30,225 nt of DNA. Origin: a virus (taxonomy: Duplodnaviria > Caudoviricetes). The notes under the pieces are model-generated. The model searched no databases. It saw only the letters and a list, made by a program, of their open reading frames with translations, and had not been told where the DNA came from. Location: positions 1 through 30,225 of IMG/VR virus record IMGVR_UViG_3300005764_000057; one strand, 5' to 3'. Position numbers and translations under genes: made by a program. Below are positions 1 to 8,206 of this stretch, one piece after another (positions within the stretch are counted from its first letter, which is position 1; each line of letters starts with the position of its first letter).

Positions 1-87
1 GGCACGATTAATCGCTATGTGGCTATCGCTGGCGATATTACCGGCACCGGAACGGTGACGGTCAGTGCAATGCTGCACCGGAACTAA
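1..87 (+). CDS. C-terminal fragment of the long tail-tube paralog (continuation of 29570..30225)
   Basis: Frame 1 reads GTINRYVAIAGDITGTGTVTVSAMLHRN* (TAA 85-87), a beta-rich end that fits the domain truncated at the window end. Confidence 0.7.
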   Translation, partial: GTINRYVAIAGDITGTGTVTVSAMLHRN

Positions 88-104
88 GGAAAGGACGGAC
101 TGAT

Positions 105-527
105 ATGGCTGCCGGTAAACATGGCTCCAGCGAAATAACCATCGCCTATGATGATGCATCCGGTGCCCCGCAAACCATTACCTGTGCGGTGCTGACCATG
201 GGCCCAATCAAGCTGACATCCGGGATGCAGACGGCCACGGCCTATTGCGATTCCATTGAAAAGCAATTGCCAACCGGGATGACAAAGATTGAACAGGTGA
301 CGTTGACCGGTTTCTGGGATACCACACCCACCACCGGCAGTCATGCCGTGTTCAAGGCCCCGGACACCAATCCGCAGGGCGCTACTCGCACCTTAACGGT
401 GATGTTCGGGGACGCGAAAACCTGGGCATCCGAAGGCTTCCAGATGTCGTATGCGGTGATTGGCAAGGTGGGCAGCCTGACGGAATTTGAAGCCGTTCTG
501 CAGCAGAACTCCGGAGCTTGGAGTTAG
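105..527 (+). CDS. Tail tube (major tail) protein, short paralog
   Basis: 140 aa, beta-rich, directly upstream of the tail chaperone. Motifs GKHGS, PTG, TLTGFWD and SY.V.GKVGSLT. AAGGA RBS-like sequence upstream. Confidence 0.75.
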   Translation: MAAGKHGSSEITIAYDDASGAPQTITCAVLTMGPIKLTSGMQTATAYCDSIEKQLPTGMTKIEQVTLTGFWDTTPTTGSHAVFKAPDTNPQGATRTLTVMFGDAKTWASEGFQMSYAVIGKVGSLTEFEAVLQQNSGAWS

Positions 528-528
528 C

Positions 529-1026
529 GTGTCCATCTTTGCCCATGAAGTTCAGGCCACCGCCACGGTGCCCCAGGATCCGCCGCATACCTTCACGTTC
601 CGGAAGCTCACCGGTCGTGAACTGGAGAAAGCGCAAGGGGATCATCTGGTGGCCTTCATGGGCGGCCATAGCCCACGATTATGGGCAGGCAGCTTGCGCC
701 GTATCCTGGAGCATGGCACCGCAGCCAATGACGCCAGCGTCCGGGATGCCCTGGCCGATCCACTGCTCGGGTTTGACCGTTATTCAATTGTCAAGGCCGG
801 GCTGGTGTCTTGGAGTTACAGCCAGAATGGCGATAAACCGAAGGCAGAGCAGATAGACGATCTGGACGATGAAGCGGTGGACCTGATGGCCCGGGCCATT
901 CTGAAACTCAGTAAACCGGCGCTATTCATGACAGCGGAGGAACGCGAAGACGCCAAAAAAAACGGCTCCGGAGACTTCACGAAGCCCTTGATGGAGACGG
1001 CCCCCAGCCCCTCACCTATATCCTGA
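529..1026 (+). CDS. Tail assembly chaperone (gpG-like)
   Basis: GTG start right after the tube stop. FTFRKLTGREL and LVSWSY...IDDLD motifs. Contains an A8 slippery run. Confidence 0.8.
   Translation: MSIFAHEVQATATVPQDPPHTFTFRKLTGRELEKAQGDHLVAFMGGHSPRLWAGSLRRILEHGTAANDASVRDALADPLLGFDRYSIVKAGLVSWSYSQNGDKPKAEQIDDLDDEAVDLMARAILKLSKPALFMTAEEREDAKKNGSGDFTKPLMETAPSPSPIS
957..963 (+). other. Programmed -1 ribosomal frameshift site (A AAA AAC) giving a gpGT-like fusion that ends at 1271
   Basis: GCC AAA AAA AAC. The -1 frame stays open (RLRRLHEALDGDGPQPLTYILSRLCEEFHCVPSVAWREL...) and joins ORF 1062..1271. Confidence 0.85.
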
Positions 1027-1271
1027 GCCGGCTGTGCGAAGAATTCCATTGTGTCCCATCCGTGGCGTGGCGCGAACTGGAACGGCTGCCGGCGGGGCTG
1101 CTGGAAGAAATTCTGGAAGCGCGGCACTATGCCAGGGCCAAAGCGTTATTTGATGCAGCGGATTCCGCCGAAGCCCAACGCCGGCTCCCGGACTCGGATC
1201 TGATGATGATGGCTAAATTGATAACCTTCGAAGTAGCCGCCGAACGGCTGGAAGCCCAACGCCGTGGCTGA
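963..1271 (+). CDS. Frameshift-accessed C-terminal part of the tail chaperone (gpT-like)
   Basis: Open -1 frame from the slippery site to TGA 1269-1271, with no convincing start of its own. Confidence 0.75.
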   Translation, partial: RLRRLHEALDGDGPQPLTYILSRLCEEFHCVPSVAWRELERLPAGLLEEILEARHYARAKALFDAADSAEAQRRLPDSDLMMMAKLITFEVAAERLEAQRRG

Positions 1272-1656
1272 TGCCAAGTTCACCATCGAATTAGAACATG
1301 CGGCGGTAGACGTGGCCCTGTCCAAACTAACGCCAAGCGTAAACGCCCTGACACTGAAGGTATCCCTGGCCACGGCGGAGAGTATCAAACAGGAAGCCTT
1401 AGGCCGGGTGGCCCGTCGCACGGGACTTACCGCCGCCGGGATTATCGTGGTGCCGTCCAAGGATGGTTACGGCTATCTGGTGAAGGCCAGCCGCCAGGGC
1501 CGCGATATGGTGCCCCGCTGGCTGGAATTCGGGACCAGACATATGAGTCCCCGGCCATTCCTGCTGGTCTCCGCCAAGCTGGAAGCCCCGAGTTATCCCG
1601 GCAAGATAGCCCAGGCGACACAAGCCGGTATTGATGATGTCGGGATGGGCGGGTAA
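1264..1656 (+). CDS. HK97 gp10-family tail completion protein
   Basis: RRTG and WLEFGTRHMSPRPFL motifs. Confidence 0.85.
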   Translation: MADAKFTIELEHAAVDVALSKLTPSVNALTLKVSLATAESIKQEALGRVARRTGLTAAGIIVVPSKDGYGYLVKASRQGRDMVPRWLEFGTRHMSPRPFLLVSAKLEAPSYPGKIAQATQAGIDDVGMGG

Positions 1657-1659
1657 GTC

Positions 1660-3492
1660 ATGGCCGGTGAATCCCCATCCTTAGTCGTTAAAGTAGCCGC
1701 AAACCTGGAAGCGCTCCAGAAGAGCATGCAGGATATGCAGGCGGCTATCGGCCAGGCGGCGGAGAATTTCCGCAGCATGGGTGGCGAAGGATCCGCCGCC
1801 ATGAACCAGGTCACCACCGCCACCGAAACCGCCGGGGAATCCATGGGACTGCTGGAAAGCGCTATCGGTGGCTTCCTGGGTGCTATGTCCGTGGAGAAAG
1901 TGCTTCAATTCGGGGAAGCTATCATTGCGACTGGGGATAAACTGCAAAGTCTGCACGATAAGACGAATCTCAGCACCGATACATTACAGACACTCGGGGC
2001 GATAGCACATCAGCAAGGCTCCAGTCTGGATCAGATGGCCCAGGCGGCTGTTCATCTTGGACATAAGCTGGCCACCGATAGCGATAGCACCAAGCAGGCA
2101 GTCGAAGACCTTGGTTACAGCATGGATCAGATCTGGGCCATGACGCCGGATCAGCGGTTTCTCACCCTGGCCAAGGCGGTGGCAGATGTGGAGGATCCGC
2201 TCCGCCGTGATAAAGACGCCACGGAACTCTTTGGCCGCAGTGCATCGGAACTTCAGGGCACGTTTAGTGCCCTGAAGGAAGGTGGAGACGCCGTTGTCAA
2301 GATGACGGAAGACCAGATCGGCGGATTGTCCTTCCTGGCGTCGGCATGGACCAAATTTAAGGATTCCATCATTCCGGCCACCGTGCAGTTCATCGACGGG
2401 GCCACCCACGCCAGTCAGTTCTATGACGCCATGAAACTGTTGTTCGGCAAAGTGGAGGAAGGCCCGAAAGTCTATGGAGATGCCGGCGTCGCCCTGGATA
2501 AATACAACAACAGTGTCAAGGACTGGGTGAAACAGAACCAGCTGAAAGTCACCAGTCAGGAGCAGGCGTTTGCTGCAGACAGGGAATTCGCCAAGGCTCA
2601 GAAGGAGAAGGAAGAAGCCGCCAAACAGGAAGAGCGAGAGTTGACGGAACTGGCCCGGGCCTATGAGGAATATACCAAGTCCGTGGAAATGTTCCAGCGG
2701 TTTACGTTCGAAAACCAGAAGAAGGTAGACAAGGAACTGATTGACTCCGCAAAGAAACGGGCTGTGGAAGTCAACGCGGCCGTCAAGACCGAATTTGATG
2801 CGCAAGCCAAACTCAATGAAGCCTACGGACTTACCGCCACCGGTGGGATCAAGACCGTCACCAGTGCCTATGATACCTATCTGCAGAAGATGCACGATTT
2901 GAGCCTGGCCAAGAAAGATGGAATCAGCCAGACGGCCCAGGAAGCCCTGATTACCAAGGAATATACCGATACGCTGTATGCCCAGGCGGTGGCCACTGAT
3001 ACCGCCACCACGGCCTATAAGGCCCAAACCACCGCCATGCAGGAGCGGAACGCTCTGCCACCAGCTGGGGAACGGGCGGCCTATGGCGGGGCCACCGGCT
3101 CCATCGATATGAGTAAGATGACGCCGGAGAACACCGATCCGATGGTGCTCTGGTATCTCTCACAGGGTTATTCGCTGAATGAAGCCATGGCCCTGGCCGG
3201 CGGCTATGGCGGGTATGTGAATATCCGGGGGCCGAATGTTCGGATGTTTGCCAGCGGTGGAATCATTGGTGCCGGGGAGCCGGCCATTGTGGGCGAACGT
3301 GGCCCGGAAGTGTTCATCCCGAGCAGCCCCGGCACGATTGTTCCGAATGGCGGCGGGGCCGGGGCCGTCACGGTGGCGGTGACAGTCAACGGCTCCGTGC
3401 TGGGTGATCCGGATCGGATCGCCAAGGCGGTGAGCCAGGCGGTGATTAGCAATATGCGCATGCAGGGCCGGCGGCTCCCAACTGGCGTGTAG
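1660..3492 (+). CDS. Tape measure protein
   Basis: 610 aa, Ala/Gln/Lys-rich and helical. N-terminal LVVKVAAN, ELFGRS, C-terminal FASGG...IVGERGPEVFIP. Confidence 0.92.
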   Translation: MAGESPSLVVKVAANLEALQKSMQDMQAAIGQAAENFRSMGGEGSAAMNQVTTATETAGESMGLLESAIGGFLGAMSVEKVLQFGEAIIATGDKLQSLHDKTNLSTDTLQTLGAIAHQQGSSLDQMAQAAVHLGHKLATDSDSTKQAVEDLGYSMDQIWAMTPDQRFLTLAKAVADVEDPLRRDKDATELFGRSASELQGTFSALKEGGDAVVKMTEDQIGGLSFLASAWTKFKDSIIPATVQFIDGATHASQFYDAMKLLFGKVEEGPKVYGDAGVALDKYNNSVKDWVKQNQLKVTSQEQAFAADREFAKAQKEKEEAAKQEERELTELARAYEEYTKSVEMFQRFTFENQKKVDKELIDSAKKRAVEVNAAVKTEFDAQAKLNEAYGLTATGGIKTVTSAYDTYLQKMHDLSLAKKDGISQTAQEALITKEYTDTLYAQAVATDTATTAYKAQTTAMQERNALPPAGERAAYGGATGSIDMSKMTPENTDPMVLWYLSQGYSLNEAMALAGGYGGYVNIRGPNVRMFASGGIIGAGEPAIVGERGPEVFIPSSPGTIVPNGGGAGAVTVAVTVNGSVLGDPDRIAKAVSQAVISNMRMQGRRLPTGV

Positions 3493-3494
3493 CA

Positions 3495-6125
3495 ATGGCG
3501 ATTAGTGGCAGCCAGAAGGCCTATAAGTATGCTCTGAGTAACATCCTGCGCTCCGGGGCCAGCCGAAGCAACTATACATCCACGCAACTGTTCCTCTCCA
3601 TTGGTGGAGTGCAGGTTGGCTGTGGCAAGCCGTCCGGCTCCACGGCCAAGGTCCGGGATATCACTATTACCGATACCCTGAACGATGCGGCCAATACCGC
3701 CAGCTTCACCGCTGAAGGCTTCACCCCGACGGTTGGCCAGGATGTCATCTGGACATTCGGATCCATCAACAATTTAGATCGGCTGTTTGCCGGGGAAGTC
3801 CTGTCCGTCAATCAGACCTATGTCGGTTCGCCACTGCGGCCCATGTTTCAGGTGCGGTGTATCGACTGGACGTGGGGGCTCAACCGCCGGATTGTCACCG
3901 CCAAGTATCAGAATCAGACCATTGGCTTTATTGCCCAGAGTTTGCTGACTCAGTTTGCGCCTGGCTATACCTTGGCCCTGACCGATACCGCCTTCACCAA
4001 TACCATCCTGAATGAAATTTCGTTCACCAATCAGGATTTACCGGGCGCCCTTAGTCAGCTGGTGAAGCGGGGCGGCGGTTACTGGTATTGCGACTATGCC
4101 AAGGCGCTACACCTGTTCCAGACGGAATCCTCGCTCACTGCACCGGCGCCGTTGATTGGGACGCATACCACGTTGTTCTCGGTGGAGTTCAGTCAGGACC
4201 TGTCCCAGATGGCCACCCGGGCCTTGATTGAAGGCGGTGGCGCCACGGCTATGGCGGCGGTGCTGCCCGGGGATACGATTATCCCCGTCGATACCGCCGT
4301 CTGGTATGAGGATGCCGGCGGGGTGGTGGTGTCAGGCCCCCAGCGGATCACGTATACCGGCCGCCTGGCGGGTGGCGGCGGAACACTGGTAGGCCCAGGG
4401 GCCGCCCCCACGGCCACGATTGTGGCCACGGTCCAGAGCGGAAGCGGAGTCACAGCCGGGAGCCATGATTACGCTGTAACCTTCGTCACCGGCTCTGGGG
4501 AATCGCTGGCCGGGCCGAAAACCACGGCGGTAGTCGGACTGTTTCCACCGCCGATTACGGCCCTGGGACTCGTGAGTTATGGCGCCGGCACCGGGCCTGA
4601 TGTAGGCAGTCATACCTATGTGATGACGCATATCACGGCCAGCGGTGAAACGGTGGCCGGTCCCAGTGCCACCGCCACTACCTATACCACTCAGACCGTT
4701 CCCCCGAGTTTCGGGCCCAACGCCGGCAACCCAATCACCGGGGTGGGGATGGATGCCGGGACGTATTACTACGCGGTAAGTTTCGTCAATGCCTTCGGTG
4801 AAACCACCGCCGGGCCGCTTAGCAATCCGGTCACGATTATCGGCGGCGGGAATCCGAATAATATCGTTCCACTGAGCGGCATTCCCATTGGCTCGGCGGA
4901 AGTCACGGCCCGTAGAATCTACCGGCAACTGGGTCAGACGCCGAATCTGAAACTGCTGCAAACGCTCAATAACAATACCGCCACCACTTTTACTGACAGT
5001 TACTCCAATGCCACGTTGGGCGGAAGTCCGCCGGCTTCCAATACCGCCATCACACCATACCGGCAACCAAAATTCAGCTTACCACTCGGGCCGGCAGGCA
5101 CCACGGCCAGGGGTATTTACCGCTCCACCGCCAATACCACGGCGCCGCTGCTGCTCATTGGCTCAGTGAACAACAATACGGATACCCAATGGATTGACAC
5201 CACGGTAGATGCCAGTCTGCTCAGCACCCAGCCACCCGCGACTGGCACCGCTCTGGCCAATCAGGTGGGCATTTCGCAGATTCCCGCCGGTCCGGCCACC
5301 GTCACCCAGCGGAAACTCTATCGCACCGCCGCCGGTCAGACGCAGTTGAAACTCCTGGCCACCCTGGCGGATAACACCACCACTACGTATACCGATACAA
5401 CTGCGGACGGCAGTCTCGGCGCCAATGCTCCTGTTTCGGATAGCTCCGGGCTGAGTCAGCCCCAGGGGGCCGTGCTGGCCGGCAATACGTCCATCATCGT
5501 GGCCGGCGCCGGAGCGTTTCAGAACGGCGGCGGCTGGGCGGTGATTGGCAATGGCGAACAGGTGATCCGCTACACAGGGATCAGCGGGAATACGTTGACG
5601 GGAATTCCAGCCAGCGGGGTGGGCGCGATTACCGCCACCGTCAACTATAACTCCACCATTACCCAGGCCCCACAGATTACCGGCGTGCCGGCGTCCGGCA
5701 CCGGGGCAATTGTCTGGCAGCTGAAGCCCGGAGATTCAGTGGATCTGTTTATCACGGTGGATGACACGGCGGCCCAGAGTCTTCTGGCCAGTTACGTGGG
5801 CGGGGACGGAATCCAGGAGCAATACGACAGTGACAATCGCATATCGGCCGTAGAAGCCCGGGCCCGTGGCCAGGCCATCCTGGCCCTGCGGAATCATGTC
5901 TCCATCACCGTTTCCTATACCGTCCGGGACCAGAATACCCGCACCGGCAGGATGCAAGAAGTCAATCTACCGACACCCACCAACTTTTCTGGCAGTTTCA
6001 TCATCCAGGAAGTGACCATCAGTCAATTTGAGCCGGCCCTGCTGCCGGTGCGTTCCGTGCGGGCTTCAACGGAAATTTTCAGTTTGGAAAACTTAATCGT
6101 GCAAGCCAGAAGGGATCAGGGGTAA
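3495..6125 (+). CDS. Tail tip / baseplate hub protein (T4 gp27/Mu gp44-like fold) with inserted nested beta-sandwich domains
   Basis: Follows the tape measure gene. Hub-like pattern (RLFAGEV, QVRCIDW, GGYWYCD) at the N-terminus and hub-like residues at the C-terminus, with repeated Y.V.F...GE...GP and R.IYR motifs between them. Confidence 0.8.
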   Translation: MAISGSQKAYKYALSNILRSGASRSNYTSTQLFLSIGGVQVGCGKPSGSTAKVRDITITDTLNDAANTASFTAEGFTPTVGQDVIWTFGSINNLDRLFAGEVLSVNQTYVGSPLRPMFQVRCIDWTWGLNRRIVTAKYQNQTIGFIAQSLLTQFAPGYTLALTDTAFTNTILNEISFTNQDLPGALSQLVKRGGGYWYCDYAKALHLFQTESSLTAPAPLIGTHTTLFSVEFSQDLSQMATRALIEGGGATAMAAVLPGDTIIPVDTAVWYEDAGGVVVSGPQRITYTGRLAGGGGTLVGPGAAPTATIVATVQSGSGVTAGSHDYAVTFVTGSGESLAGPKTTAVVGLFPPPITALGLVSYGAGTGPDVGSHTYVMTHITASGETVAGPSATATTYTTQTVPPSFGPNAGNPITGVGMDAGTYYYAVSFVNAFGETTAGPLSNPVTIIGGGNPNNIVPLSGIPIGSAEVTARRIYRQLGQTPNLKLLQTLNNNTATTFTDSYSNATLGGSPPASNTAITPYRQPKFSLPLGPAGTTARGIYRSTANTTAPLLLIGSVNNNTDTQWIDTTVDASLLSTQPPATGTALANQVGISQIPAGPATVTQRKLYRTAAGQTQLKLLATLADNTTTTYTDTTADGSLGANAPVSDSSGLSQPQGAVLAGNTSIIVAGAGAFQNGGGWAVIGNGEQVIRYTGISGNTLTGIPASGVGAITATVNYNSTITQAPQITGVPASGTGAIVWQLKPGDSVDLFITVDDTAAQSLLASYVGGDGIQEQYDSDNRISAVEARARGQAILALRNHVSITVSYTVRDQNTRTGRMQEVNLPTPTNFSGSFIIQEVTISQFEPALLPVRSVRASTEIFSLENLIVQARRDQG

Positions 6126-6129
6126 GCCA

Positions 6130-6651
6130 ATGGCGATTGGGCGGACGGCAATGGTGGATGATGATGGCTCCGGCACCACCGGAACGGTTGTGAATAATGC
6201 TTGGAAACAGGAATTCTACGATCAAATTGATGCGGCCCTGGCTGGTACCACGATCTCTTCTGGCAATTGGACTCCCAGTTTGCAGGGCTCATCGGGTGGC
6301 AGTGCGACCTATACCGCCCAGCAGGGTTTTTATGTGAAGTCTGGCCGCAATGTCACGGGATGGTATCTCATCCAAGTGAATAGCAAAGGCACGTTGGCTG
6401 GTGATATCTCAGTGGCCGGGATACCGTTCAGTTACAGCAGCCCGGTGGGATTTTTTGCCGGTGGGAATGTGCAGTGGATTGGGCTGGCCACCACCTGGGT
6501 GACTATCTTTCCCGTTTTTTCCACTGCCACAGTTTTTGCCTTGCAAGGTGCAACGGCTGCGGGTGCCAGTGCGAATACGACTGTAAAAGCTACGGATTTG
6601 GCGAACGGGTGTTACTTTGTGGGCATGATTATCTATCCAACCACCAGCTAG
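6130..6651 (+). CDS. Small tail fibre / receptor-binding protein
   Basis: Last gene of the tail operon. DDDGSGTTGT N-terminus and a WTP...G.Y.K.GR.V pattern typical of phage fibre head domains. Confidence 0.65.
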   Translation: MAIGRTAMVDDDGSGTTGTVVNNAWKQEFYDQIDAALAGTTISSGNWTPSLQGSSGGSATYTAQQGFYVKSGRNVTGWYLIQVNSKGTLAGDISVAGIPFSYSSPVGFFAGGNVQWIGLATTWVTIFPVFSTATVFALQGATAAGASANTTVKATDLANGCYFVGMIIYPTTS

Positions 6652-6669
6652 AATCGGTATCCCCGTGCC

Positions 6670-6858
6670 CTAAAGGTTTGCACGGATGGCAATCGCGGCG
6701 GCGGCGGCGCCAACTAAGATACCGACTGTCAGGCCAGCCAGAAAGCCCCGGAACCAGAGCCGGCCAGCAAATTCACTCAGCGGCAGGTTACGCCAGTTGG
6801 CCAGTAGCCGGGCCGCCTTGGAATCCTCCGGCGGCGGCCCGGACACTCTGTCGCTCAT
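6670..6858 (-). CDS. Small single-TM membrane protein
   Basis: Hydrophobic GFLAGLTVGILVGAAAAAIAI. ATGA overlap with the upstream gene. Confidence 0.65.
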   Translation of the reverse strand: MSDRVSGPPPEDSKAARLLANWRNLPLSEFAGRLWFRGFLAGLTVGILVGAAAAAIAIRANL

Positions 6859-7295
6859 TGGAGGGTCCTGGCTGTTCGAAGATAGCCGTCACCTTTCTTC
6901 GTCAGATAGCCGTGCCGAATCAGAACACCGATGTTCCGGCCCTGCTGGCCGGTAGCCTGACGGACTTCCGCCAGGGTTCGGACTTTCCGCCGGTCAAACC
7001 CAGCCAGAAAGGCGGCGGATGATTGCACCGGCTTGGGGGCCGCCTTGGCCGTGGTTCCCTCCGGCGGCCACGTCTTCAGGGCCGGCTCCGGCTCGGCGCC
7101 GTTGCCGCTTACAGCGATAGTCGGAGGAAGTCCGGTAATCGCTTCCTCCAGTCGGGCCTGGGCTTCCTCCAGCTTGACAATCAGGGCCTGACGGGCCCTG
7201 ACGTCGTTTTCCAGGGCTGTAATCATGGCCTTGAAGTTTCCGGCCATGTTGACGGCCAGATTGGCTGTCGTGATTGCTTCAACATCTTCCATCAT
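6855..7295 (-). CDS. Coiled-coil plus C-terminal winged-helix-like protein (paralog A)
   Basis: N-terminal heptads, Pro/Lys linker, C-terminal TLAEVRQATG...GVLIRHGYLTKKGDGYLRT. AGGTG RBS. Confidence 0.7.
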   Translation of the reverse strand: MMEDVEAITTANLAVNMAGNFKAMITALENDVRARQALIVKLEEAQARLEEAITGLPPTIAVSGNGAEPEPALKTWPPEGTTAKAAPKPVQSSAAFLAGFDRRKVRTLAEVRQATGQQGRNIGVLIRHGYLTKKGDGYLRTARTLQ

Positions 7296-7331
7296 CGCAC
7301 CTGCTGAACGGGAAACGTGTTTACGGTTTCT

Positions 7332-7730
7332 TCAAGATGGGGCTTCGGCATTATAGACCTTGGCCGTATGAAGGTAGCCACCGTCTTTCTTTTTCAGATA
7401 GCCGTAGCGGAAGAGCACGGCTGAAAGACTGGCTGCCATTCTGAGAGGGATATTCAATTCTGCGGCTACATCCGCAATATTTCGGGGCTGGTCCGTGTAG
7501 GCGGCATACACCCAGCCGGTGCGTTGACGTTGGCCTAACAATTTGCTGGCGTGCGAACCCTTGCCGGCCGGCCCTTTCCGCTGCTGGATGGCGCGTTGCA
7601 GTTTGCCAGGAAGTGTTTCGATGGCTTTGGCGTGCCCATTCTGCGAGAGTTCCGCAATCACCAGCCGGTAGCCGGCGGCTTTCTGTTCATGTTCTTTGGC
7701 CAGGGCTTCAAGTTTGTCTAAGAGTTTCAT
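7332..7730 (-). CDS. Coiled-coil plus C-terminal winged-helix-like protein (paralog B)
   Basis: N-terminal coiled coil, C-terminal NIADVAAELN...AVLFRYGYLKKKDGGYLHT. ATGA-coupled to the upstream gene. Confidence 0.7.
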   Translation of the reverse strand: MKLLDKLEALAKEHEQKAAGYRLVIAELSQNGHAKAIETLPGKLQRAIQQRKGPAGKGSHASKLLGQRQRTGWVYAAYTDQPRNIADVAAELNIPLRMAASLSAVLFRYGYLKKKDGGYLHTAKVYNAEAPS

Positions 7731-8152
7731 CGGGCTTTCCGTTTGCTCCTGGCCGGCACGGCGGCCTTGTGGTGTTCTTTCAACGTGTCAAAGGTTGTAA
7801 TGTGGCCATTCCCGCTGATGTGCTTCTTGGCCCATGATTCCAGCGGACTTGCCCCGCCCAGGCCCTTGGCTTGAAAGGCTGCCCCGAGCACTGCCAGGGA
7901 GACAGAGCCAAGACGCGGCACGGCCAGGTCAGCCGGGGCCACATTGTCAAACACATCCCTGGTGTGCTTGGCTGCAAAGTGTTCCTTGATGATGGCGGAA
8001 AGATTGGCGGCGGCCATGAAGTTGAAGCATTCCACGGCGGCCAGGTCCTTGCGGGTAAACCGGTCAGAGCCAATCACCAGCACGTAGCTGTCGGCTTTCT
8101 CCTGAAGCCTCCGTGCTTGATAGCGCCCCAGCAGGGCTTCCGAATAATCCAT
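7727..8152 (-). CDS. Hypothetical protein with an RNA polymerase alpha-CTD-like (HhH) domain
   Basis: Start re-assigned to ATG 8152 (141 aa). AAANL...KHTRDVFD..APADLAVPRLGSVSLAVLGAAFQAKGL resembles the alpha-CTD pattern N.L....I.T..DL.....DL.....LG.KSL..I...L...GL. Confidence 0.55.
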   Translation of the reverse strand: MDYSEALLGRYQARRLQEKADSYVLVIGSDRFTRKDLAAVECFNFMAAANLSAIIKEHFAAKHTRDVFDNVAPADLAVPRLGSVSLAVLGAAFQAKGLGGASPLESWAKKHISGNGHITTFDTLKEHHKAAVPARSKRKAR

Positions 8153-8161
8153 TAAGCCCAG

Positions 8162-8206
8162 AGTATCCACAGGTGGATTGCCGAATGCAAGCCCGCAGAC
8201 GATAAT
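8162..8206. promoter_or_regulatory. Overlapping divergent sigma70-like promoters with a palindromic operator
   Basis: Minus strand: TTGCAT-N17-GATACT (8190-8185, 8167-8162). Plus strand: TTGCCG-N17-GATAAT (8178-8183, 8201-8206). Palindrome ATCCAC-AG-GTGGAT at 8165-8178. Confidence 0.6.

Noticed and set aside
1984-3027. Long antisense ORFs (347 aa here; also 16849..18039, 29276..30145, 4332..5066)
   Set aside because: Shadow frames of GC-rich genes, with no RBS or motifs, fully overlapping well-supported genes.
6130-6651. Diversity-generating retroelement target
   Set aside because: No reverse transcriptase gene and no template/variable repeat pair differing at adenines was seen.
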